Shown: positions 9,909 to 19,243 of the stretch, one piece after another | Numbering within the stretch: the first letter of the stretch is position 1 | Layout: each line of letters begins with the position of its first letter | Assembly (NCBI GenBank): GCA_026387355.1 | Contig: JAPLLW010000008.1 | Span: forward strand, 1,016 to 65,015 | Source of the DNA: Candidatus Omnitrophota bacterium | GTDB lineage: Bacteria; Omnitrophota; Gorgyraeia; Gygaellales; Profunditerraquicolaceae | Length of the DNA: 64,000 nt | Direction of reading: 5' to 3' | The notes under the pieces: generated by a model | Databases searched by the model: none | Told to the model about the DNA's origin: nothing | Seen by the model: only the letters and a program-made list of their open reading frames with translations | Made by a program: the position numbers and the translations under genes

Positions 9909-10976
9909 ATGTATATGAGTAAACCATTTTTTTACTGTCCAGATTGTAGAGGAGACCTATCGCTTCAGGATAACGCATATTTTTGCCTGCGGTGCTCTTC
10001 TCGTTGGCCCGTTAAGCAGGGTATCCCTGTTTTTATAAAGAATGAATTGCCTTATTGGGCGGAAATACCTAAGGCCGAAGCAATTCGATTTAATATTTTG
10101 GCGCAAGATTTAGGTTGGCGGGAAGCAATGAGAAAATCCCTTCCTGCTGGTTTGCAGGAATTCATATCAGATAAAGATAGGGTTGGCTGGAAATATTTTA
10201 TTGAATCCGATATCTCCGGTAAAGTTCTCGATGTCGGAAGCGGTTGGGGGGCTCTCGCCTTTTCTTTTGCGAAAAACTGTGAAGCAGTCTATGCCTTAGA
10301 GCCGGTCTGGGAAAGGGTAAATTTCATACGCATCAGAGCAGAGCAGGATAGAGAAGGTAATCTATTTCCGGTTTGCGCAGACGCTCTCAATTTGCCATTT
10401 CCGGATAATTACTTTGACCTAGTTATTTTTAACGGGGTCTTAGAGTGGCTAGGTTGTTCCGACTTAAGGCTTAAGCCAGATATTGCGCAGGAAAAAGGAT
10501 TAAAAGAGGCGCAAAGGGTATTAAGGCCCGGAGGATCTCTTTACATAGGCATCGAAAACAAGCTCTCTTTTTTTTATTTTCTTGGGGTTAAAGACCCGCA
10601 TAGCAGGTTGCGTTTCGCTACTTTAATGCCAAAGAAAATAGCAAATCTTTATTCGAAATTATTAAAAAAGAAGGAATATAGAACCTATATTTATTCCATG
10701 CCTGGTTACAGGGAATTGCTATCTAAGTCAGGGTTTAAGAGTGTATCTTTTTTTCTGCCTGCCCCAGGCTATATAAAATTTAAACATATTGTTGCCTTGG
10801 ATAAAGATAGAATTAACGATATAGATTATTTCTTCAGATTGATTAATTTCAGAATAATATTCTCACCAGCTTTATTCCGGATATTTTTTGTTCTTGTTAA
10901 AATGTTATTTAGTCCTTTTCTTAGGAATATTTTTAAGCTTTTTGTGCCTGACTATCTTATAATTGCTAAGAAATAA
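9909..10976 (+). CDS. Class I SAM-dependent methyltransferase with N-terminal Trm112-like zinc ribbon
   Basis: N-terminal 'CPDC...CLRC' followed by 'QGIPVF'; SAM motif I 'VLDVGSGWG'; motif post-I 'ALEPVWERV'; 'LRPGGSLYIGIEN'. Confidence 0.65.
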   Translation: MYMSKPFFYCPDCRGDLSLQDNAYFCLRCSSRWPVKQGIPVFIKNELPYWAEIPKAEAIRFNILAQDLGWREAMRKSLPAGLQEFISDKDRVGWKYFIESDISGKVLDVGSGWGALAFSFAKNCEAVYALEPVWERVNFIRIRAEQDREGNLFPVCADALNLPFPDNYFDLVIFNGVLEWLGCSDLRLKPDIAQEKGLKEAQRVLRPGGSLYIGIENKLSFFYFLGVKDPHSRLRFATLMPKKIANLYSKLLKKKEYRTYIYSMPGYRELLSKSGFKSVSFFLPAPGYIKFKHIVALDKDRINDIDYFFRLINFRIIFSPALFRIFFVLVKMLFSPFLRNIFKLFVPDYLIIAKK

Positions 10977-10996
10977 ATGCTAGGGTAAGAATTAAG

Positions 10997-12025
10997 ATGA
11001 AGAATGAATTAGCCAAGATTATTGTTGATCTCTATCGTAAAGACTGCGAAGTAGATATTGATATCCAAGATGTAAGTTTCTTATTTTTCTCAAGCAGAAT
11101 GAGCGATATACTGTTTGTATTCATTAAGGGGAATAAGCAACCGAAGTATGTATTAAAAGTCAGTCAAGACGAGATAAAAATTGAGCATATAAAAAAAGAG
11201 TGGGACATTTTAACTGGTATTAGCAGATTCAATGCCGGGATTTTACATAAAACTTTTCCTCTCCCGCTTTATAGCGGCGTGGTTAATGGGCATTATTTAT
11301 TCGTTGAAGAAGCTTGTAAAGGGATTCCTTTGGTTAATTTTATGTATTCTAAAAGAAATAAACGCAAAGAGATCTGCAATGTTTTACGTAGCACAACCGA
11401 ATGGATTTCGGAGCTACATCGCGTCTCATTCTTAGAAAATGTTTCAATCGATAATTTCTTATCAGCGGGATGGGTTATGAAAATAATAGAGTCATTCGGT
11501 AGTTTACATAATTTAACAGATCAGGAAAACCAGTTTATTAGGGAATTAATGCAGTTAAATAATTTGAAGGTCCCATTAGTAACGCAGCACAGTGATTTCT
11601 CGCCTTATAATATGTTTTGCGATAAAACTGGCAAAGCTTTATTTGTTTTAGATTGGCAATATTCAGTTTTAAGAGGTTCGCCGCTTGTAGATCTGTTAAA
11701 TTTTTTAGTGTTTTCTCAATCCCTACTTTCAAACCCAGGAAGATCAGCCAGGAAAAGAATTAACCTAAAATCATTTTTTGCCAACATTTATAATATACTT
11801 CCGGATCAGGACGACTTTATAAATACTTTCTACGGAAATGGCTGGTTCTCTAGGTTTGCCAGCGACTGCATTAAAGAATACTGCAACAAGATATCTCTGG
11901 ATAGAGGAGTATTGAGACTTATTTTTATTCTGTTTATCTTCCGGCACTTATATAATAAAAAAGATTTTTTTGCAACTTTTGTAGGAAAAGGTGATCCGGT
12001 TTTTATTAAAGCTATGAATACTTAA
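10997..12025 (+). CDS. Kinase-like protein (aminoglycoside phosphotransferase / choline-kinase fold)
   Basis: Brenner-type catalytic motif 'HSDFSPYNMF' and 'FVLDWQYS' (the DFG/IDxE equivalent). Confidence 0.5.
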   Translation: MKNELAKIIVDLYRKDCEVDIDIQDVSFLFFSSRMSDILFVFIKGNKQPKYVLKVSQDEIKIEHIKKEWDILTGISRFNAGILHKTFPLPLYSGVVNGHYLFVEEACKGIPLVNFMYSKRNKRKEICNVLRSTTEWISELHRVSFLENVSIDNFLSAGWVMKIIESFGSLHNLTDQENQFIRELMQLNNLKVPLVTQHSDFSPYNMFCDKTGKALFVLDWQYSVLRGSPLVDLLNFLVFSQSLLSNPGRSARKRINLKSFFANIYNILPDQDDFINTFYGNGWFSRFASDCIKEYCNKISLDRGVLRLIFILFIFRHLYNKKDFFATFVGKGDPVFIKAMNT

Positions 12026-12051
12026 GACAGTTTATATGTAAATTTAATACT

Positions 12052-13072
12052 ATGAAAGATGTATACAAGAAGATTCTGATAATTAATCTCGGCAGTATCG
12101 GCGATATACTTTTATCTACTCCGGCTTTAGGAGGAATGAAAACATGTTTTTCCGGATCTCAAATCTCCATGTTGGCTATAAAGAGAGCCCATTTTTTGAC
12201 AAGGGGCTTGCTTTATATAGAAAAATGCTCATTTTTTTGTACGGGGGGTTAGAAATTTCTTAAAAGATTTAAAGACGCTGCTAGGATTAAGAAAATAATC
12301 TTATGATTTAGCAGTGAATATGCGCACTCTTGTTTCATGATGGGGAGCTCAGAAGATTAGGCTGTTTTTAGCTATAATTAATCCGTACCTTAAGGCAAAA
12401 AGTAATGCTAGCGCAAGAGGTAGTTTCTTTGATATAAACATAAAATAGAGTGATATGGGTGATAAATACGAGATGGAGTATGGTATAGAAATTGTAGAAG
12501 CAATCGGAGCGGAGGTTAGAGATAAGAAAATAGATTTGTTTGTAAATAGCCTTGAAGCCCGTAAGATCGATCAAATTCTTGAGCAAGAAGGCTTAGCTAA
12601 AAGCGATACGCTTGTCGGTATACATCCGGGGGGGGCAATTTCCAAGCCAGCGTTGGATATTAGAGAGGGTTGCTGAATTAGCCGGTAAGATTGCTCAAAA
12701 ACATAAGGTAAAAATATTGATTTTGGGGCATTCTAGCATAAAGACCTGGCTGATAAGATTGTTGCATTAATGAAGATAAAGCCAATTTTAGCCTTAGGTA
12801 TTTCTTAAAATAGGCTTGTTGCGATTATCGCACATTTTGATATACTGGTTTGTAATAATTCAGGGCCTTTGCATATTGCTGCGAGCTTTAGGATGCCTAT
12901 AGTATCGACGATGGGGCCGACGCATCCTTATCTCTGGCTGCCTATGGAGGATAACTATATTGTGCTTAGGAAAGGACTTTCTTGCAGCTCTTGCAGCAGG
13001 CCTGTTTGTCACAGACATAAATGTATGGAGTTAATTTCGACAGATGAAGTCTTACAGGTGGTTGAAATTTAA
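12052..13072 (+). pseudogene. Degenerate duplicate of the GT9 heptosyltransferase gene at 8722..9906 (frameshifts and stops)
   Basis: Three short ORFs (12052-12252, 12455-12676, 12869-13072) each align to successive parts of the 8722..9906 product, e.g. 'PIVSTMGPTHPYLWLPMEDNYIVLRKGLSCSSCSRPVCHRHKCMELISTDEVL' versus 'PTVSTMGPTHPQLWSPKGDNHIVLRKELACSPCNRPVCARHDCMKLITVDEVL'. Nucleotide stretch 12769-12890 closely matches 9570-9690. An in-frame TAA and indels interrupt the reading frame. Confidence 0.75.
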
Positions 13073-13098
13073 ATCAACAGATTGAAGAAAAGTTAGGT

Positions 13099-14247
13099 TT
13101 GATTAGAATGAACAAGAGAACGCTTTTGGTTACCTATGATTTTCCTCCGATTGTAAGCGGCATAGGTAGTTTTTTTTACAATACCTGGAGATTTTTGCCT
13201 AGTGCTGATAATTTTATTTTAGCACCGAGGGTTAAGGGGGCAGAGGCCATCGATAATAGTGGCAGAGTTAAGGTATTTCGTTATATCAATTGGTTTTCCT
13301 CACCCGCGATTAGATCATTGATTCTATTATTTTATTTACCTCTTTTGTTAACGCGCGAAAGAATAAATACGCTTATTTGCGCTGTCCCGGTAAGTATAGG
13401 AGTTATCGGATTGGGATTTAAAAAGTTTTTTCACCTACCCTATTGCGTATTTTATTACGGAGGAGAATTTGACAAGTATAAGCGCAATAAAATATTTATG
13501 GGTATAATTAAAATGGTTGTTAGAAATGCAAGCTACGTTATTACGAATAGCGGATATTCCAGTAAAGAAGTAGAAAAGTTTGGAATAGATACGAGCAAAA
13601 TCATTAAGATTACTCCTGGAGTTGATACGGAAAAGTTCAGGCCGGGGATAGATTGTTTTTTATTAAAGAAGAGGTACGGGCTCGAGGGTAAGAAGGTGTT
13701 ACTTACAGTTGCAAGGCTGGTGAAGAGAAAAGGCGTAGAGGTGGTTATTCAGTCGCTACCTAAAATATTGGATGCATGTCCTGAGGTTATTTATTTAATC
13801 GTTGGAACGGGTGAAGAGGAAGTTTATTTGAAAAGGTTAGTAAAAGAAAAAGGGCTGGAGGAGAAGGTAATTTTTGTTGGTTTTGTCAGCGATGAAGAAT
13901 TGCCTAAATACTATAATTTGTGTGATATCTACGTTATGCCTAATATAATAACCGAAGGAGATGAGACATTAGAGGGTTTCGGTATCTCATTCGTTGAGGC
14001 CAGCGCTTGTGCAAAACCCTGTATTGGTGGTTTATCAGGGGGTGTTGAGGAAGCCGTGGAAGAAGGAAAGACGGGGTTTTTAGTCAATCCCAGTAATACC
14101 GATATATTAATTGGTAGAATCATTTGGCTGCTTAATGATGAGAAGTTAAGGCGCAGTATTGGTGATAATGGTCGACAGAAGACAGCTAGTGATTTTAAGT
14201 GGCAAGATAGAGCGCAAAAGCTAAGGGATATTGTTGATGCTATATAG
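13099..14247 (+). CDS. Glycosyltransferase family 1 (GT4-type)
   Basis: 'EGFGISFVEASACAKPCIGGLSGGVEEAV'; 'VARLVKRKGVEVVI'. Confidence 0.8.
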   Translation: MIRMNKRTLLVTYDFPPIVSGIGSFFYNTWRFLPSADNFILAPRVKGAEAIDNSGRVKVFRYINWFSSPAIRSLILLFYLPLLLTRERINTLICAVPVSIGVIGLGFKKFFHLPYCVFYYGGEFDKYKRNKIFMGIIKMVVRNASYVITNSGYSSKEVEKFGIDTSKIIKITPGVDTEKFRPGIDCFLLKKRYGLEGKKVLLTVARLVKRKGVEVVIQSLPKILDACPEVIYLIVGTGEEEVYLKRLVKEKGLEEKVIFVGFVSDEELPKYYNLCDIYVMPNIITEGDETLEGFGISFVEASACAKPCIGGLSGGVEEAVEEGKTGFLVNPSNTDILIGRIIWLLNDEKLRRSIGDNGRQKTASDFKWQDRAQKLRDIVDAI

Positions 14248-14264
14248 TTAAAGGACAGAAGCAT

Positions 14265-15332
14265 ATGGAGAATTTAGAAGATAAATTCAGGGATCATAAA
14301 TTTGTTTGCCCAGGGTGCAAGGGTAAGCTGGATTATAGCAATGATTTGTTTTCATGTCCTCAATGTAAAAATAGCTGGCCGCTTGTAGAAGGCTTAGCGG
14401 ATTTTAGGGTTTCAAAAGATAAATACTGGGGTGAGCATCCGGAAGAGGAGATAGACAGGCTAATCCTACGTTGTAAACAGGTAGGGTGGTCTCAGGCGCT
14501 GAGGGATTTCTTTACCGTAAGTGATCCGGAATATTATGATTCAATTATAGATAAAATGAGGGCGAATTGGCATTTTCTTGTTCCTCTAGATAAAGATGCG
14601 CGAATTCTAGATGCGGGATGTGGTTGGGGCCCGCTCTCTTTTGAGTTAGCTTCTGTATATAAGGAAGTTATTGCTTTTGATATTACAATGCAAAGATTAA
14701 GATTTATCGATTTACGTAGAGTTAGCGAAGATTTAAATAATCTTACACCAGTATGTGGTCAGGTTAATCATCTCCCTTTTCCTGATGGACATTTCGATCT
14801 GGTGATTTTTAATGGGATCCTAGAGTGGATACCGGTGATGGAAAGCAAAATAAATCCATATCTTGCTCAGCTTCAGGCACTTAAGGAAGCAGCGCGCGTT
14901 TTGAAGAAAAGCGGCTATCTGTATTTAGCTATAGAGAATAGATGGTCAGTGATAAATTTCTTGGGTTTTAAAGATGCGCATTCCCATTTGCGTTTCGCGC
15001 CTTTATTGCCGCGATTCCTGGCAGATATTTATAGTAGAGTTGTTCGGAAAAAAGACTTTCGGGAATATACCCATACATATTGGCAGCAGGAAAAGATTTT
15101 AAAGGAAGCAGGTTTTTCTGAAACTAAATTTTATTCTCCATTACCTGCTTATCGTCGTTTTCAATTTATCCTACCGCTAAATAGAGTTTCAAGAACTAAG
15201 TTTTTTGTAAGACACCTGTTTCGGCCGCGGGATAACTTACAGGTATTTTTTTCTAGGATAATAAGGCTACCTTTTGTTCTTAATCTTACAAAATATTTCG
15301 TCCCAGATTTCAGTATTTTTGCCAAAAAGTGA
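14265..15332 (+). CDS. Class I SAM-dependent methyltransferase with N-terminal zinc ribbon (paralogue of 9909..10976)
   Basis: 'CPGC...CPQC' ribbon followed by 'EGLADF'; 'ILDAGCGWGPLS'; same domain order and length as 9909..10976. Confidence 0.65.
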   Translation: MENLEDKFRDHKFVCPGCKGKLDYSNDLFSCPQCKNSWPLVEGLADFRVSKDKYWGEHPEEEIDRLILRCKQVGWSQALRDFFTVSDPEYYDSIIDKMRANWHFLVPLDKDARILDAGCGWGPLSFELASVYKEVIAFDITMQRLRFIDLRRVSEDLNNLTPVCGQVNHLPFPDGHFDLVIFNGILEWIPVMESKINPYLAQLQALKEAARVLKKSGYLYLAIENRWSVINFLGFKDAHSHLRFAPLLPRFLADIYSRVVRKKDFREYTHTYWQQEKILKEAGFSETKFYSPLPAYRRFQFILPLNRVSRTKFFVRHLFRPRDNLQVFFSRIIRLPFVLNLTKYFVPDFSIFAKK

Positions 15333-15333
15333 A

Positions 15334-16233
15334 ATGCTAAAATATCTTATTGAAGACTATAATAATTATGACTATATTCTGCATAACGGGCAATACAGAG
15401 TCACTCTTTTTGTTTTCGAAAAGAATAATTATTACCCTCAGTATCTATTAAAGATATATTCCCAAGAGAATGCAGGTAATTTGAAGCAGTTACAGGGATT
15501 GTTGCAAAAAATAAACCTGTACAGTTTGGCGATACTTAAGGATTCTGTTCCAAAGCTGTTAAATTTACAGGAGTTCGGTAAATCGTGTGTAATTAAGGAA
15601 GAGTATGTTCAGGGGATACTTCTGGCAAGGTATGCCGAAGGAAGAGGGCTTGTATGGGAAAAGGATTTTTTTCTTAACTTGAGCCTAATTGCTGAATGGT
15701 TGGTTGCTTTGCATAAAAACTTTACTGTGGGAGAAATTTCGTTCAGCAAGGATAAAGTCGCGCTTTTATTGAAAGATACGCAGCAGTTTTTAGATACGGG
15801 ATTTTTAAATTTAAAAGATGGCTTGATAACTATTCCTACGGTAATTTCACATGGTGACCTTATGCCGATGAATGTTATAAGAGTTAAAAACAAAATCTCC
15901 GTTTTAGATTGGGATAAGATGAAAACTGAGGGCTTGCCTTTATGGGACTTGCTTACCTTCATACTTCACTATCTCCATTCGCGCTATCGATTTCAAATAG
16001 AAGGCGTGTATTTGAAGCCAGAAGTTTTCTTAAAGTATTTTAGTTTGATCTACCAGAAAGATAACGCTATATCTAGATTTGTAAAAGAGAGAGTAGGGTA
16101 TTATTGCTCGAGTTTAAAATTGAATGATTCCCAAAGAGATCTTTTAATATTGCTCTGGATTTATGATATGCTTTATCTGTGCGGTGGTAAAACAAACAAT
16201 CCTGTTTCTTTGCCCAGGCTATTAAAACTATAA
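15334..16233 (+). CDS. Kinase-like protein (APH/ChoK fold; paralogue of 10997..12025)
   Basis: 'HGDLMPMNV' catalytic loop and 'VLDWDK'. The ATG at 15334 lies just after the upstream stop at 15330-15332, so it is preferred over the ORF-track start at 15274, which overlaps the previous gene by 59 nt. Confidence 0.5.
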   Translation: MLKYLIEDYNNYDYILHNGQYRVTLFVFEKNNYYPQYLLKIYSQENAGNLKQLQGLLQKINLYSLAILKDSVPKLLNLQEFGKSCVIKEEYVQGILLARYAEGRGLVWEKDFFLNLSLIAEWLVALHKNFTVGEISFSKDKVALLLKDTQQFLDTGFLNLKDGLITIPTVISHGDLMPMNVIRVKNKISVLDWDKMKTEGLPLWDLLTFILHYLHSRYRFQIEGVYLKPEVFLKYFSLIYQKDNAISRFVKERVGYYCSSLKLNDSQRDLLILLWIYDMLYLCGGKTNNPVSLPRLLKL

Positions 16234-16246
16234 TATATTTTAGAAT

Positions 16247-16909
16247 ATGATTAAAAAGTTTTATCTCTGGTTACTTAAAGCTACCTCTAAACCTAAGGAG
16301 AAAAATGAGTATTCTAAGGGGCATTGGCAGAATGCAATTAGAGAAAAAGTTACTTCTTTATGCGGGGGTATTAATGGCAAGATTTTAGAGGTCGGCTGCG
16401 GAGAGGGTTTATTTTTAGAACATTTAGCTCAAGAGAAACCTAATCTTGAGCTTTGGGGTATCGATAATAGTCAGATAAGAATTAATGAGGCACAGAGTAA
16501 AAAAAAGGCGGGAGATCTAACTAATTTAAACTTTGCTGTGGAGGATGCCACCAAGCTTTCTTTCTCCGACGGAAGTTTTGAAGCGGTAGTCTGTATCAAT
16601 GTTCTTTTTAACCTTCCTTCAATTGAACTGCTCAAGCAGGTACTTAAGGAGATGAGGCGGGTGTGTAAAACATCCGGGAAGATTTATTTTGATTTCCGTA
16701 ACGCGCTGAACCCGCTACTTTTTTTGAAATACCGTTTAGCTCCTTTTTATGATGAAACTGTTAAGGATCTTCCACTTAAGACATATTCACAAAAACAGAT
16801 TTCAGATATACTCAAGGATTTGGATATCAAGATTATTAATAAATCGTATATTGGTTTGCCTTTTAAATTATTTGCACCTATTGTTATCATTGAGGCAGAG
16901 AGATGTTAG
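16247..16909 (+). CDS. Class I SAM-dependent methyltransferase
   Basis: 'ILEVGCGEGLFLEHL' motif I; 'AVVCINVLFNL'. Confidence 0.7.
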   Translation: MIKKFYLWLLKATSKPKEKNEYSKGHWQNAIREKVTSLCGGINGKILEVGCGEGLFLEHLAQEKPNLELWGIDNSQIRINEAQSKKKAGDLTNLNFAVEDATKLSFSDGSFEAVVCINVLFNLPSIELLKQVLKEMRRVCKTSGKIYFDFRNALNPLLFLKYRLAPFYDETVKDLPLKTYSQKQISDILKDLDIKIINKSYIGLPFKLFAPIVIIEAERC

Positions 16910-18084
16910 CCAAAATTCCTATTGCCGGAACCCCCATAGAATTTATGGATATATTTCGTGCCATTACGCGAAGTATAAATAAAGGCGCAACCCATGATTT
17001 TATTACAATCATGGAGCAGTTTTTGGGCACAAGATTTATTCATTTTACAGATTCCGGTTTAGCTTCATTTTATATAATCCTTGAGGCGCTCAAAAAGATT
17101 AGTGGTAAAAAAGAGGTGATTTTGCCGTCGTATACTGCCGGAAATTTGATAGTAGCGATACAAAAAGCTGGCCTAGTCCCGGTGTTATGCGATATAAGCA
17201 TGGAAGATTTCAACCCAGACAGGGACTCTTTGCTGAAGGCCGTTACTTCAGAAACACTCGCCGTAGTTCTTGTGCATATGTTTGGGATTCCGATTAAAGA
17301 TATAGAAGGGCTTAGGAATAAAATCCCCAGAGATGTTTTTATTATCGAAGATTGTGCTCAATCTTTTGGGGCTAGAGTGGGAGGTAAAAGCGTAGGGCGC
17401 TTCGGCGACATAAGTTTTTTTAGTTTTAATCGGGGTAAAAATTTGCCGACTTGCGGCGGAGGGTGTTTTGCCACTAGTTCCGGGAATTTATTTGAAGCGC
17501 TAATTCATGAAACAGAAAGATTTACTGCTAAGGAGAATTCACGGGAGATTTCTAAGACTATTTTAAAGACTTTAGCCATTTCATTGGCTGTTAGGCCTTT
17601 GGTTTATGGAATGGGGTATTTTTTTATCTCTCGCTTTAAGGATTTGAGTCTGATTAGTGATTTTGAGGTTAAAGATTATTCAAGTTTTCAAGCCTCCCTG
17701 GGGCTTGAGTTATATAAGAAAGCGGCTAGCCTTTACCATTCAAGGAATAAAAACGGGATGTTTCTTATTAATAGCCTTAAGGTTAATCAAAACCTGATTA
17801 TACCAAACATATCAAAAGATATCTTTCCTGTTTTTAATCGGTTTCCTCTTGTTTTTAAAAACCCGGAAAAAGTTACTCTGGCGCAAAAAAAGCTCTGGCA
17901 GGTTGGCATAGAAAGTTCTCAGATGTATTGCAGGCCGCTTTATCAGATGTTTAATTTGGGTTGTAAATTAGAATCTTTTCCTAACACCGAATATTTTTAT
18001 CCACGGCTTTTGACTCTGCCTGTACATCCAGGGGTAAAAGAAAAAGATCTAGCTAATATGACAAGGGTAATTAATAACTTATGA
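16903..18084 (+). CDS. DegT/DnrJ/EryC1/StrS-family PLP-dependent sugar aminotransferase or dehydratase
   Basis: 'IIEDCAQSFGA' and 'SFFSFNRGKNLPTCGGG' (PLP-lysine region). Confidence 0.75.
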   Translation: MLAKIPIAGTPIEFMDIFRAITRSINKGATHDFITIMEQFLGTRFIHFTDSGLASFYIILEALKKISGKKEVILPSYTAGNLIVAIQKAGLVPVLCDISMEDFNPDRDSLLKAVTSETLAVVLVHMFGIPIKDIEGLRNKIPRDVFIIEDCAQSFGARVGGKSVGRFGDISFFSFNRGKNLPTCGGGCFATSSGNLFEALIHETERFTAKENSREISKTILKTLAISLAVRPLVYGMGYFFISRFKDLSLISDFEVKDYSSFQASLGLELYKKAASLYHSRNKNGMFLINSLKVNQNLIIPNISKDIFPVFNRFPLVFKNPEKVTLAQKKLWQVGIESSQMYCRPLYQMFNLGCKLESFPNTEYFYPRLLTLPVHPGVKEKDLANMTRVINNL

Positions 18085-19235
18085 TACCAAAGAGAAACTT
18101 AAAAAGGTTTTTAGGTAAAGCCATAAAGCAGCCGGGATATGCGCTTAAGGTTTTAAAAAAGCGTGTTGAGGCAAGCTTAAACTACAAATTGGGTGTGCCG
18201 GCAAAGGTTTTCCCGGAGTCGATTACTTTATTTTTAACCCATCAGTGTAATCTACGCTGCCGCATGTGTGGACAGTGGGGGGATAAAGGGGTTACCAGAA
18301 AGTTCTCCGTAGAGACCGCTAAAGAGCACCTTCAACCGGAGGAGCTGCGGCGTTTTATAGACGAGATTGCTGATTTTAGGCCGAGTATAACACTCTTTGG
18401 TGGAGAGCCATTGATTTATCCAGACTGTACCGAACTTATTAGATATATTAAACAGAAGAAGCTGCACTGTCTTATGATTACCAATGGTTCTCTTCTTGAG
18501 GCTCGTGCAGAAGAGATTGTTAAAAGCGGTTTAGATGAGCTGAATGTTTCTTTAGATGGCGCTTTAAGTCTGCATGATGAAATACGGGGGATGCCGGGGT
18601 TATTTGATAAGATTATGCGTGGATTGAAGCAAGTAGAGCATTATAAAGAAAAAGAGAAAAAGAATAAGCCACTTGTAAATTTACAATGCACGATCTCTAA
18701 GTACAATTATTTACATTTGGAAGAATTGCTTGGCGTAGCAGAAGAAGCAAAGGTTGATTCTTTAACATTTCATAATTTAATCTTTCTTGGAAATGAGTTA
18801 ATCCAAAAGCAAAAGGTTTTTGACGAATTGTTAAGTTCTAAATCCTGTGAGTGGGAGGGTTTTGTCTTTAATCCCGAGATAGACTCGGATATTTTATTTG
18901 AGAAGATCGAAAAGATAAGAGCCGGTCGTTACCGTTTTAATTTAGATTTTTACCCTAATTTCTCGCGCAGTGCCTTAAAGGAATACTATAATAATCCTAA
19001 TTATCTTCCTTCTGAATACTCAGCTCATTGTCTCAGCCCATGGATAGTTGCTTATGTTTTTCCCGATGGAGAAGTACGGCCGTGTTTAAATTTTAGTTAT
19101 TCTTTCGGGAATATCCACAAGAGAAGTTTTCGGGAGATTTGGTTTAGCGATGAGGCAATAAAATTCCGGCGCACACTTAAGCAAAACGGGCTTTTCCCGG
19201 TGTGCGTGCGTTGTACCGAATTGTACCGTTATTAA
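18081..19235 (+). CDS. Radical SAM protein with C-terminal SPASM/twitch-like Cys cluster
   Basis: 'CNLRCRMC' CxxxCxxC; 'FGGEPLI'; C-terminal Cys residues in 'HCLSPW', 'RPCLNF', 'CVRC'. Confidence 0.75.
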   Translation: MIPKRNLKRFLGKAIKQPGYALKVLKKRVEASLNYKLGVPAKVFPESITLFLTHQCNLRCRMCGQWGDKGVTRKFSVETAKEHLQPEELRRFIDEIADFRPSITLFGGEPLIYPDCTELIRYIKQKKLHCLMITNGSLLEARAEEIVKSGLDELNVSLDGALSLHDEIRGMPGLFDKIMRGLKQVEHYKEKEKKNKPLVNLQCTISKYNYLHLEELLGVAEEAKVDSLTFHNLIFLGNELIQKQKVFDELLSSKSCEWEGFVFNPEIDSDILFEKIEKIRAGRYRFNLDFYPNFSRSALKEYYNNPNYLPSEYSAHCLSPWIVAYVFPDGEVRPCLNFSYSFGNIHKRSFREIWFSDEAIKFRRTLKQNGLFPVCVRCTELYRY

Positions 19236-19243
19236 TTGCAAAT

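Noticed and set aside
12052-13072. Three short ORFs (12052-12252, 12455-12676, 12869-13072) as independent small genes
   Set aside because: Each is a fragment of the same degraded heptosyltransferase duplicate, so they are called as one pseudogene instead.
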